64,000 nucleotides of DNA from Lingula anatina (taxonomy: Eukaryota > Animalia > Brachiopoda), in contig CM120646.1 in assembly GCA_051362555.1 (NCBI GenBank), positions 12,958,001 to 13,022,000 on the forward strand. Reading direction: 5' to 3'. The translations under genes were made by a program, and so were the position numbers. Below the pieces are notes generated by a model. It was not told the origin of the DNA. It saw only the letters and a program-made list of their open reading frames with translations, and ran no database searches. Position 1 is the stretch's first letter. Each line of letters opens with the position of its first letter. Below are positions 24,059 to 37,165 of this stretch, piece after piece.

Positions 24059-27000
24059 AGCGAGGTGAATCCCACTGTCCACAGCCACTCACAGCAAACT
24101 AGACATCTGCAAAAAGATGAAAATTCATTGGTTTGAATTACCAATCAAAGAGAACATTCTACAATAAATAGATTAATTAATTTTAATTAAAATAAAAAAA
24201 ACAATATAATGAATTAAATGAAAAAATAATAAGACTGTTGAATTAAATGAAGGTCTTCATGAATATATTAAGACTGGTATTTTCCTTTTCTCGACTATTA
24301 TCTATTCTTTATCTGGGTTCACATTTACTGTTTACTCAACAGTTTTCAATGATATTATATTATAATATCACTTTTCAGTGGTCTTACATGTATGTTAATC
24401 AATGATAATATCACTGATAATTAATATTCTTTGAGTACCTAAAGAAAATAAACATTTGAGAAATCTTTAAATAACATCGGAACAATGCACATCTCTTAGA
24501 GCCCATCCTGCTTCAGAAACCCTGCGATGTTTTAATTAGAGTTTTGGACAGCGATATCCAGTGATTTATTTCTGTAGTTTGCCTCAGTATTCTCACTGAC
24601 CACTGATCTGGCCTAACCTGATTTTCTGCTTGGAAAGCCTTAATGTGATACTTGTTTTTTTACCCCCTAATAAACATGCCTTCAGCACAAACAAGTATAT
24701 CTTTTTCATCGTGTTACATGTATCCCCCCCCCCCCTCCCCCCCCCTTTGAACAGACTTTTTGTACCAACAACACCAATTTTTCCTCCCTTTTAATCTGGA
24801 ATATTTATTGATTAGCATACATGTAAGGATCACATGAAACAAAAAAACTATCAAAATTGAACCCTTTGTTTTTGATCAAACAGTCAACATTAACGTCATT
24901 GTTTGTTTGACAGCAAAATTATTATGTATGATCATATTCATCAAAGCTCTGTCTAGTTGTATCAGGTCATTGCAAATTCATTTAGCAGCAGGCTAGACAT
25001 GTCATAGATAAAATCAGTTTAACAAAAAATATTTCTGAACGTGTAAAACTATTAAAACAGGTACAATTCATGTGGTGAAGTACATGCATTTTCTACACAG
25101 CAGTCAAATCTACCAAATACTAATAGATATCCATTGTATTATTCATTGTGTTGTGGTTCAATAACACAAATAAAACAAATTCTAAAAGATAACACCCTTT
25201 TTTCTGTCACTGAGTATAACAAATATATGTACATTACTTACAATATACTTTCAAGTTAACAGGACCAGCATTGCAGTTTCATTGCAGTTTCCTTGCAGCA
25301 ATTCTTTTCTGACTTACTAAATCTTGTGACTCACCACTACTTAAAGAATACATGTATGTCTAGTTCGAAAAAAAAATGTTGTAAGAGATCTAGTGCCCTC
25401 CTCCACAAATAAATCTGACTGTTATAATTAGAAACATATTTCCGCACTGATGGATAGCTTATTGCTGCGGCAGTAATAACAAAAGGAATGTGCTGATTCA
25501 AAATGCACAAGGTACATGTATGCAACATAATACATGGTAAATTGGTCCCAGCTAAAATTGAAGTTCATTTCATGAGAAATCTCTCTTTTTGTTTGAGTTT
25601 CTTTGTTGCTCGAATGCCATGTGGTTGTTTCTGCTGAAAAACAATGTCTGTTAAAAAAATATCCAAAGTGATGCATGACAGTCTTGAAGTTCCTCTGTCT
25701 ATTTTAATATACATTTTCATTCTAGATTCTACATAATTCATGAAAATTGAAAATTATTGGAAACAATCCTTATAATTGAGTTCCTGAGAAGAATAATCTG
25801 GAAATTGCTCTGGTTCAATCATTACTGACAGAAAAAGATCACTAATATCCTCCAACTCACTCGAATACAGTATTATTTTCCAGAAAACCAGAGTAAAACT
25901 TTCAGAAAATCTACAAACCACCCATCTATTTAAAAAAAATATATATTCCTATGAGAAAATACCACAAAACCAACAGTGTCACAGACAATTAAGCAGTGCT
26001 AATGAGTCACACCCTCCTAAATGGAGTAACGGTTAGATATATAGCTGTAACACATGTAACAGGCACTGATATTGCGGGCAGCGGTTCTGGGGCTTTAGCA
26101 ACCTTTTATTAGTCACCTGTGGTGAGAACAAGGCAGTATGGTGGGTGTGATACGCGGATGACCGAGGAAGAATGTGAGAAAGCGTTGAGGCCAACAAGTT
26201 TTTGGAAAAAGAAACCAAAATAATCAAATTCCTCTGACTGTTTGCATTCATTTTTCCCTTGTTGAATAAAGAATTATAGGTTTTTTAATGCTTTTTTTCC
26301 AATAAAACTGTCAACAGTTCTGCAAGTAGAAGTGCAATGAGTAAAGAAATACTGCATCAATTTCTTAGCAACATATACTATGTTGTCATTCTTTTCTTCA
26401 GCATTAGAAAAAAGATGTTAATTTAAAATTGTGAAAAAGTTTGGTCATGCTAAATCCTTACTTGTGCATCAGTCTTATCCCTTGTGCCCTTGTTTAATAC
26501 AGCATATATGAAAGAAATTATGCTGGAGCCTTAAATGGACACAAGCGAGATAAAAGGTACCAGGTTTTATCATGTGATACCTGAGTGAGCAGGAAGATAC
26601 CAACGGATACCACCCACAAAGCGAGAAAAAATACACAAAACATAGAGGAGATGGGATAACCTGCTTTTACCTTGTACTACTCAGATCTTGTGTCTCCATG
26701 TGATAGGGTCCTATATCAACAGTTTCAACTCATCTTCCCATTTTACTCACAATCTAATAACATTCAAAAAAACATTTATCAAGAAAAAAACTCCCTCTGT
26801 TTACCATACCTAGAAAGTTAGACATGTGTATAGTATTTGCTGGGGTTAGGTATAATTTGACAACTGTCCGTAGTATAAACAATTTACCATGGCAAATCAG
26901 CAGAGCTATTGGAGTCAGTGAAGATGATGTACATTTGTTTGACATAAAATGAAGTCTCAAGTTGTTATAAAAACAAACAGAGGTCGTTATCTTTCAGTAA

Positions 27001-27497
27001 ATGGTCCCCATACTCAAACACCGCTGGCCTGCTTTCTGTCAGCTACTGTTCTTGCCATTAAAAGACACTTTTCAGACATCAGCATGTACATTGAAAGTAA
27101 TTGCTTCAGATCAACTCTTTAAACAAAACATCAATCATAACATTAAATTGTTTTTTATCCTTAAATATACAGACATTTTGGTGATGTTATTTTTATACTG
27201 CATGCAAAGCTCTCTTTCTTAACTCACATAGTTATCACAGATGAATTAAAAAGTTGCTAACAATAAAGTTGCATAGTTTCAGATTTTTTTTTTTTTTTTG
27301 CTTCTGCTACACCCAATCCTTACTAAGAATTGAAGCAATGGTGCGCTAACCAGTAAGTACAACTAACTAGAAGTGTCTGTGGAAACTTTCACGATAATGA
27401 ACAGTGCCTCCAGTGTTTAGGTAGCAGCTAGCAGGCCATCTCATAACATACCACCTGTATTCCCTCCCACTGACAGCCTGGACCTTGTCTGCTATTG

Positions 27498-28000
27498 CCA
27501 CACCCACCTGTGGTCCATCACTGACAGTTTATAACACACCAGAAGACCCATCTGCTATCCAGGGCCACACCCACCTGTGGTCTGTCACTGACAGTTTATA
27601 ACACACCAGATGACCCATCTGCTACCCAGGGCTACACCCACCTGTGGTCTGTCACTGACAGTTTATAACCTGTACCTGACCCATCTGCTAAACTATGGCT
27701 GCAGCTTCCCATGATCTGTGACAGTTAATAACATGCCAAGTTGATCCACCTCCTACCCTGGGCCACACCCACCTGTGATCAAGAACGGGGGCGTCTCGAT
27801 AGTCCGAAGGTTCATTGGTCCGAAGGTTCATTGGTCCGAAGGTTCATTGGTCCGAAAAATGGTAACTTTTTCATCGTTTTTTTTAATCAAGGGTTCATTG
27901 GTCCGAAGGTTCTATAGCGAACATTCGGACCAATGAACCTTCGGACTATTGAACCTTCGGACTATTGCTACGGCCCCATCAAGAACTGACAGTTGAGAAT
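27498..28000. repeat. About 67-bp minisatellite (about 5 copies, degenerate continuation to about 28240), split by a MULE-like insertion
   Basis: CCACACCCACCTGTGG..ACTGACAGTTTATAACACACCAGA.GACCCATCTGCTA units start at 27498, 27565, 27632, about 27699 and 27763. Confidence 0.85.
27787..27977. mobile_element. Mutator/Foldback-like MITE with 9-bp TSD
   Basis: TSD ATCAAGAAC at 27778-27786 and 27978-27986; GGGG...CCCC ends; subterminal 16-bp repeats GTCCGAAGGTTCATTG and their inverse. Confidence 0.9.
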
Positions 28001-29345
28001 AAGCAAGCCAACTGAGTACCAAGAACCTTGTCTATTGGAACCATGCTTCACCCTTTGCCACACCCATGTCACCAATGACACCTGGTGCCACGCCCACTTG
28101 ACCTAAGTGACACCATGTGTCATGTCCATCTGACCCATGGTACTGACCATCTGGTCTCTGACACACCCATTTGACCCAAACTGCCCCAGTGCCTTGCCCA
28201 CTTAATTCATGTGGCAGTTGGTGCCACACCTATCACAGTCACAGCCAGTCCCTGGTCAACATAAAAATTTACAAGGCACTTTGAATGATGTGTGGACCCT
28301 CCAAATACTTTGGATGGAAAAGCACATTTCCTAATTTCTAGGGGAAAAAACATGTGAGGACAGCGCAGTGGAAAAGGGGGTAGGGGAGGCGTGTTGATGC
28401 TGTGTCACAACAAACACCTGTTATAAAAGAAAAAAGGAAGTGGTTGCCAAAACTGATTATTCTTTACACATTTCAAAGTTACACATCTAACAAACTTTTC
28501 TCTTTACTTGAAATAACAACTGTGGACACTCGCTGTAGGAGTGTGTGAACCACTTATAGGTCGGTCCTCGCCATTTTTTACTTCACACTTTCACTGAGAG
28601 TTTCCACTTTGCTCAGTCTTCAGCAAATTTTAATCGGGCCCATTTTGCCACAGACTATTTTTGATGAGGATAAAGTTATTTTTAATTAGAAAGTATGTGT
28701 GAACACTGTTATCATGTTAGTTTAAAAAAAATAGATCTATTTAACATACACATATCGGTTTTAAAACATAAAACAGTAAAATATAATAATCTACAAAAAA
28801 CATGATGCCATGTACATGTCAGAATATGTAGCCATTGCTATACATATTTAATAACCTATTAATGCAGAGTATCATAAGTGAATATCTCAAATATATATTT
28901 CCTTTGTACATCTACATAGTCTAATACCTTCAGTGATTAAGACTGTGATGATCTTCCTATATCAGTAGGTGTACTGGAAATCCTACTACTGTCAGGTCAG
29001 TTTTTAACTCTTGTTAATGTGGATGATGCACTGTGGTCAGTTTCTGTTCCAAGTGAACACACTCCATAGAATTTCAGACCCTGCATTAATTGAAAACTGA
29101 CAGTATTTATCAGCATCTGGCCAATTAATTGTAATAACACCAAGGAACCAATTGACATTCAAGTACCGTGACAACTTGAATTAGCTCCAACAGTAATTTG
29201 TTTATCTCTTGGGACAGGATCAATTCTGCACATACCTGTGCTTGCAAGTATTTAGATTTGTAATTTATGTGTACTCATACAGATAGTTGAAAGGGCAGCG
29301 AAGGGTAGAAGGGAGGTGCAGGCACAATATTCCATACAGACAGTT

Positions 29346-29347
<2 letters not shown>

Positions 29348-29384
<37 letters not shown>

Positions 29385-29404
29385 GAGGGGAGGGAGGGGA
29401 GGGG
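29348..29404. repeat. (GA)n microsatellite with G-rich tail
   Basis: Directly visible. Confidence 0.9.
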
Positions 29405-31179
29405 TGCATGCACAATATTCCACACAGCAGGTGAATGGCCCATATATCCTGACAGCTGCACCAGTCATAAACCTCCAGAGAAGCTGGGTTAAAAGGTAAA
29501 GTTGCAGGAAAACTGTCTCCAATGGGGCAATGAGGCAATAAAGAAACACATAAAAAAGCCCCCCTAGATCAAATGTTAATCTAAGAGTGATGTTCTAAAG
29601 ATTGAAGCCATCCTCCCACTGGGTGTAGGCATCAACAAATGTTTCCATGATAAAAAATAACTTAATTCCTAGGTGTTCCTGCCAAATGCTTTTTTGGTTT
29701 ACATTTTTTTTTTTTTTTGTAAAATAATGTGGATAAAGTCTTGATCCCCTTAACACGTACCCTATGATTTCGTAGCACTAATTTTGCTTGTAATCACTCT
29801 TTAATAGCTTTCTTGATCTTCCATTAACATACACAAAAAGTCTTCCTATTTTTTTGCATGGCTGGAATGCTTCAAAAGTTACTCTCTCATGGAGCAAGGC
29901 ATTGCATTTGGACATGTAAAAATCTCTCTGTAAAAATCTCTCTTACTTAGTTTCAAGGAATTTCCATGTCAGACAACATAGCTCTGGTAATTTGTCTAGC
30001 TATTTTAGACAACTACAGTCTGATGTGGTCTGACAAGAACCAAAATTACAACTGGTGGTGTAAAAATTCCACAACTAATGTTCTGAAAATACACATTTTA
30101 GTAGGTGACAGATCTTTGCCAGAATCTAGCTTAGGCACCCTGAGTAAACTTGACACGATGAAGATAGGCTATTGTGAAGAGGTTAGTGTCAAGTTATCTC
30201 TGAAGCTCAGGGTGAGCTTAGGCAGATTTTCTCTGATGCCATGATGCTTACCCTGCATAAGTCTGATGATTTCATTTTACCAGAGCTCTTATACTGTATA
30301 AAATATGCTCACATGCACCACCCCCCCTCCCCCCAAACACAAAGATATACTCAATATCCAAAGACACTTTTCTATAACCTTCAATCAAAAACACAGGTAA
30401 TGAGCATAACCATATTGATGATAAAATGTATTCAACTGTCTGTATTACAGGTAAGAACTCCCATAATAAACTGCAGTAAACACAGGGTAAAAAGCTATTC
30501 TCCTTTCAAGATGATTTCAGGTCTGATCCAGTCAGACAGGTACCAATCCCATCTGACCAGTTGAATTCTGCAGGTCATAGATCTATGGAGGTGTCAGAGC
30601 CAAGCTGATGTATTGCCCCCTCAGAAGCCGTACATTCCAGTGCAAATTGCCAAAAAATACATGCCTGCTCTCTTGGTCAGACAGGTTCATCCAGGCCGCA
30701 TAAAAAAAAATTATCTGGACATGCAGCCGAGGTATGAGCTGCCCTCTATATTGAAACCCCTTATTTGCTCTGGTCATGATTTTACAAGCAATTAAAGGGA
30801 CTCAGGAGAGACTATGGTACATGTAAGGTCAAAGCATTCATGAACTTATCGCTAACTTATGGAAAAACTGCATGTCTGCTTGATTGGTCAGTCATTTTCA
30901 TAACTTGTATGTTAATGCAAAGCTGTAAGTGTTATTGGTCATTTGGGCTTCACCTTAGTGTACAGGTTGCCTGGACCATACACATTCCTTTGTCATTGTG
31001 ACATAAGAGTTTAGAAAACAATGCCTATACGACAATCTTATGACAGGTATATAGTGGACTAAATAAGAACCAAGTTTGGACATTTAAAAGAGGATTTAAT
31101 TATAATAATAATTATATTTTTAGACTTGCATGAAGTATATTATTATTTGTGCAAATGTCTAAATTCCAACAGATACTAA

Positions 31180-31399
31180 GACCCCATTCCCATAGATTTT
31201 AGATCGATCTATCCTTGTGAGGAGTCTCACTAGATTCAGCTTAGCCAACTTAAGCGTCTGTCCCGCCTACGAAAAGCTGTAAGGGGGTAATTAACTATGG
31301 TGCGCTCTCGGCTGACTGCAATTTAGCGTGAACCCCCAAGGAGTTAGGTCGATCTAAACCTAAATCTCTGGATCGATCTAAATCTCTGGGAATGCACCC
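31180..31399. mobile_element. PIF/Harbinger-like MITE, family A
   Basis: TAA|GACCCCATTCCCA...TGGGAATGCACCC|TAA. Confidence 0.9.
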
Positions 31400-34300
31400 T
31401 AAGTTAAATAATATTTGTGTCTTTTGACACTTCATTAAAATTCACTTGTGACTCACATTCCACATATTCTTCAGATGTGATCATATTAATCTCACCTAAA
31501 ATTGAAAAGGAAACAATCAATCAAACAGCAAAAAAATCCTTCACACAATTACCAGCCATAATCACCCAGGTAAATGTCTGTGGGTAAGAAATAAAGGTGA
31601 AGCATAACTTCTATCAGCAGGGAATTCCACATAGGTCCCCCTATGCTGGAGTATACTGACTGCTGCCGTAAAGAGTAATAGCTGTTATATGTTATCAGTT
31701 AAGAACAAGGCTACCCTAGCTTGTCCTGCATATACAAAATGCAATGCATCCCATCCTCTGGAACATAATATCTCACCATTTTTGAATTCATTTATCTATT
31801 CATTTAACCTCTATGAGAGATCCTCCATTTCAAAGTTCTGGAAACACTTTCCCTGCCTAACAGCAAGATACACAGTCACTAGCCAATAAGGTCTATTTTT
31901 CTGCATCATTTACCTTTAACTGCATTATTTTCTGTTTCCCGTTCCGGAAAAAAATCATAAAGTTTCAAAGGATATACTGATTCTGTCAGGGGATCATGCC
32001 TGACGATATATAAATGTTGATATATGCAGAGACCCGCTGTTACAGCCATTAAATTCACCTTGACGAAGAAAAAGAGGCACTTTAGGATGTTTCTCTGCTT
32101 TGTAAATTATCTTCAAGTGTCTATAAGAGATCACTGGGTTAAGTAATAGCTGTTCAGAAATAGCATCTGGTTAAAACAGCACCAATCTTGTAGCAAGGAA
32201 GAGCACACTAGAAACAGATAGAAACTGTAGGCAATGGCTCTACAAATAAAACTAGGAAATCCTCTGTTTCAGAAGATACACTGCCATATAAGGTAAAAAA
32301 AATGACTCGTGCACAACAGAATGCAGGCACCATGTCCTACTGACGTTAGTTTGCTTGATGTCAATTCAAGTTTTCTTATTTTCATATGGCATTCATTTTG
32401 GCATTGCGACATAAGACAACAATGAAAACAGGACATGTAATTCCCATTTAACTGAAATATCAAATACAAATCAGTGGACAAAATCAACACCCCCCGAAAA
32501 ATCTATCAACTTTTGGTCAAATTGGCAGCACAAACACAGAGAAATTTGTTTTAAGTCCCCATATCACATCCTGTTAACAGCCAGGAACAATCAACACATC
32601 TTTCAGATTGATAAAAATCCTGCTTAACTCCCCATGACCATCAAATTGGAACATTTAAGCAGTTGGTGATAACACCCGGGGCCCATAACACCATTACAAC
32701 CATGTGTCTCCAACACGTGTGCGGGACAGCACTGTCCACAGGGGGGCGCCACACAAAGGATATATAGAGCATTAAGGAAGATTCTACAGATATTGAAGTC
32801 ACGCTGAAGATTTATGAGAAAAGGATTGTAGGCAGGTTTTGTGGTAGCCTTGTGTACTTATAGGGACATTTTGCAGAAATAGTGCAGAGATGTATTTTAG
32901 CAGAGTATAGAATGATAGGATACTATGTACACAGAAGCAACATATGCAGAAGTATTTTCCATTTTCCTAACCAATTAAATATCAGGCACTGAAAGGATGC
33001 TCGTCTTTATTGATAACTAATATCAAAACAACCATTAGCCATTTGAAAATTATCTTATCTGCAACAGGTTGGTGTCAAACCAGCCCATTCCCAGCCACAT
33101 GATAACCATGACACCCTGTGTAACCTAGGACAACAAACAAAATCATTACCAACCAAGGCAGACCCCAGGGGATGTTGGTACACATCACAAGACTTGTGGC
33201 TTGTTTGGAAACAAAATAGTACATGTAGCCAAGTGCACATTTATACTATCTGAGGTTGGGATGCAAGTACATAATACAGAAATATCCCCTGCTGGAGAGA
33301 AGTATATACAGAGAGCTAGGCTATGGGTTGGTTCAGCTACATGGAGCTATAAATGTAAAATTAATACCAGTTCTACAATGTCTTATCTAATGTGACAATC
33401 CACCACAATATCAACATACAGCTTGGCAAAGTGCACCAACACATGATGGTCTTTCTATAGTCACCAGCTTGGCTACTAGTTCATGAGTAGTACAGTTATA
33501 GTATTCAAATTGACCCCAGTCCTGCTTCATGGGGGTTAGCTCTATGTAATGAAGGTTCCTTATGATGGTAGTCCGCTATGCAGAAAAAATTCAAAAAAAT
33601 TATACATAGCGAACCTGCTGTGAAATGGACCTTCAGCATAGCAAACCTTCAACATACAGAAGCACTCTGGCGTGCCAGTGCCAGTACGGTATGGTAGTTG
33701 TCTAACATAGTCTTTATATACATGATTTGTAGTCACCAGCTGAACTTGTAATTAAGAGCTCTCCACTTAATAAAAGCCATCATATAGTTGAAAAAAAAAA
33801 AGAAAACTCGGTTACATGAGCACTTTATCTGAGACTGGTGAATCTATCAATTTGATTTCTTAATATTGCTTTGATGTACACTATCATGACATCACATAAT
33901 AAATCAATCAAACAAGTATGTGAAACCAGACATCAGCAATGTGAAATGAAATACTTGAAAAAAAATTGAACCTAACAAATTAACAAAAATGATTTAAATT
34001 TACCTTCACTTAAAAACCAATCATTCCTCATGACCAGGCTCATTTCAAGAGGCAAGCACCATAAAAAGGTACCTTTGAAGATGATAATCAAGTCACACAG
34101 ACCAGTGAACTGCCTTCCACAAACATGCAATATATTCCTCGGCCCTGCCAGCAGCCTTGCCTATCTTGTAATGTTAAACATTTCCACATAACACATTTAT
34201 CGCACATTTGGTGCTATCTGTCAGTCGAACGAAAATGCCAGCAGTTAATATCATATCTACAAAGTTTTTTTGCCAGGGTGTTATTTTTTAGTAGACGTTC

Positions 34301-34546
34301 TTCCCCATACCATCTGGGTGCCATTATATTGGTATGGTAGATCTATTAATGTGTGTACTACACAGGGAGTTGGTAGGCAAACAAGGCCTTAAAAGGTTCC
34401 TATATCAGTATGTAACACTTCATAAAAAATATTTCAGCAACTTCAGCCTGCATACATATTATATTAGTGTTTAAAGCCCTCTGTCTTACCTACATGAATT
34501 TGTCATGTGTACAAGAATGGCTGACAACTATAATTGTAAGCATATG

Positions 34547-34612
<66 letters not shown>
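34547..34612. repeat. (CA)n(GA)n microsatellite
   Basis: Directly visible. Confidence 0.9.
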
Positions 34613-34956
34613 TTGGGAGAGGGAGGAAAACAAAAACATGCAGATGTGTAAATGGTCAGAAATAAATATCATTGAAATTTGCAGAGAAAGGCAGTTGGAC
34701 AGAGAGATCAGTTTCCACTGTTATACAATACCTACCTCATTACCTAATAATGAACAATAGCAGTCCTGTTACAAGTTCCACCCCAATGTAATGCAACATG
34801 TATCAATGGCTTAATTACCAAGCTGCAACTAATTCCCACTCAACAGGTTCCAGCTGTACATTCAATGGAAATCCTGTGTTGGGTATCAAAGAGTGTAAAC
34901 TGTTTGTAACAAACATCAGTGACAACCTGGAAAGTTGTGTTAATGATATCTATCTA

Positions 34957-35249
34957 GGGGACCATTCCCAGAGCCTATCGTACTAACTTTGGACCAATCT
35001 AACTTCAAGGGGATTCTCACTAAATTTCTATCAACTTAAGCGGCTTAAATGTCTGTCAAGCCTAATAAAGCTGTTAGGAGGTAATTAATTAACTACTGTA
35101 GGCTGAGCCTGCACGAAAGTTAATTACCCCCTAGCTGATTTGGTAGGCGTGACAGACATATAAGCTGGTGAAGTTGATAGCAATTTAGCGTGAATCCCCA
35201 TTGAGTTAGATCGACCCTGTTGGATCGATCTGGGCATGGGAACCCAGTC
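34957..35249. mobile_element. Diverged family A-related MITE
   Basis: GGACCATTCCCAG...GATCGATCTGGGCATGGGAACCCAGTC|TAA; internal AATTTAGCGTGAATCCCC and TAATTACCCCC motifs. Confidence 0.75.
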
Positions 35250-36731
35250 TAAGATCTGCAATGATAGGTTCAAAGTCAATATACCACTTTGTCTCCACAT
35301 TGTGAAACCAACCACAGAGAGGTAAATTTCTAAGGTTCGACCCCTAAAGGGGTGGGATTCCGAGGTTTGAGGCAACGGCTCTTTTGATTAGGGCGTGTGT
35401 GTGTGTGTGTGGGGGGGGGGGGTCTGTTCTGAATCAAAATTGGATAAAAGTTCTGTGCCAATTTTCCAGACTCTCCTCCCTCTGAAATTGCTGTCTACAG
35501 GCCTGAAGGTAAATAGTGTAAATTGGGGTCAATTTTAGGGTATCTCTCTGCAGAGAGAAACCCTACTCTCCCTCAGGTTTTTCAAAATCCTCAGCGAAAG
35601 TACCAGGTTGTAAAAATAAGATGGTTTTGACAAAAAGTCAGTCTGTAAGTGGCCCTAGCCTGAGATATTCAAAGCAGTATGAAGCACTGCTAGTATTATC
35701 CAAGGAGTAACAACAAAATGAGACACACTGACAGCCATCTTATATCTTTAAGTTACTTGTGGGATAAAATCCTCAAAAGTAGATGCTCATTGTTTTAATT
35801 ATGTTTACCATGGTGTTAAAACTAGATGTTTCAAAGGTGCCATGATCCCTTTAAAGTTTTGGAGAAAAAAAAAAATGTTTTAGAATTTGGTGCTGCCAGG
35901 AACACCCTTTCTGTTCCATCTTCCAACATATCGCAGTCCAATTATTCAAACTTCAAAAGTATATTCACTATTCACCAGTTGGAGACCCACTGAGAAAAGA
36001 ACTGCAGTAGCAGTGTTCCCTTTTTTTTCAAAAAAATTAGGCGATCAAAAAATTGCAGTTGTTTGTCAGTAGCTGTTCCTGGTTCTCAAAGGGTGAGCCT
36101 GCAGGTGTGGGATCAGTATTTACGCCCTCCTCTCTTGTGGCTTTAATCTGTCGCTTTGATGTTACCAAACCTAAATATTTACAGCTTTGCACACCTGGGT
36201 AAGAGTGCTTACTGGAAACAAAATTAAAACCCATTAGTTTTTTCATCCCGTTATTTTCTTTTTCTTTTTTTCTCACTTTTGCTGCTACTTCTCTTTATGA
36301 TGTTGAACTTAGAGGTTTCCTATTCTGGAAGCTGAGAAAAGGACTGCTCAGTTCAACTCGATTAATTTTCCTGTGCAACAGAGAACTATATATTTTCCTT
36401 TCTGTTGTGAAAAGGAAGGAAATTTTGTGCACCCTAAATTATGACCACTTTGTTAGATACACTGTAAGCTTATATTGCCACTGTTCCCAAGATTGCTTAT
36501 CCATTCAAAACATGTACTGTATTCATGGGTTCTTTTGCAGACGGGTTCTTTTGAATTTTGACTATTTCAACCAAATAAATGTTACCATCTCTCACCACTA
36601 AAAGCATTGTTGTCAATCTCAGTGTTTGTGTTCTCTGACTAATGGCATATTGAAGTAATAAAAAGCTAATAAATCACACCAAAATGTGGTACCCTTAACT
36701 AAATTGCCTAGCTGCACAACTGTGAGTTTAA

Positions 36732-37165
36732 GGGCCCATTCCCAATGAAATTACCAGTCTATGTAGATCAATCCAACCCCTCGCTGCCTGTTCCAATGTA
36801 CTCTTAGGCTCTATTCCCATAGATTTTAGATCAATCTATCCCCCCGGGGAGTCTCACTAGATTACTTTCAGATAATCCGACTTAAATGCCCGTCCCGCCT
36901 ACTACAAGCTGTAAGGGGATAATTAACTTTCGTGTCCGCCCGGCTGACAGCTATTTAGCGTGAACCCCCAGGGAGTTAGGTCGATCTAAAGTAGGTCGAT
37001 CTAATCTATGGAAATGGGGTGTTATAATCAGCAGCTTTTCTGTATTTTACTCAATGTCAGGAGGAGGAGGAGGCGTGTTTATCTGTTAATCTGACTGCTT
37101 CAGCTAGAGTCCCCACGGAGGTTTATTGATGTACCTTGACCGATAGTTTCAATGGGAATGTGCCC
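36732..37165. mobile_element. Older Harbinger-like MITE hosting a nested family A copy
   Basis: TIR GGGCCCATTCCCAATGAAA ... TTTCAATGGGAATGTGCCC. Confidence 0.7.
36807..37021. mobile_element. PIF/Harbinger-like MITE, family A (nested)
   Basis: TTA|GGCTCTATTCCCATAG...CTATGGAAATGGGGTG|TTA. Confidence 0.9.

Noticed and set aside
24059-24088. GTG start of the 405-aa ORF
   Set aside because: Artefact of the ORF caller; eukaryotic gene, ATG at 24058 directly precedes the TM anchor.
24089-24091. Selenocysteine recoding of the in-frame TGA
   Set aside because: No SECIS recognised, and the codon lies outside the catalytic domain.
27800-27965. CRISPR-like short repeats
   Set aside because: 16-bp units are contiguous without unique spacers, occur in both orientations and lie inside a TSD-flanked transposon in a eukaryote.
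30583-30795. Short ORFs in a moderately GC-rich patch
   Set aside because: No recognisable motif or partner exons.
35333-35345. B-box-like GGTTCGACCCC (tRNA or SINE)
   Set aside because: No A-box at a suitable distance and no cloverleaf.
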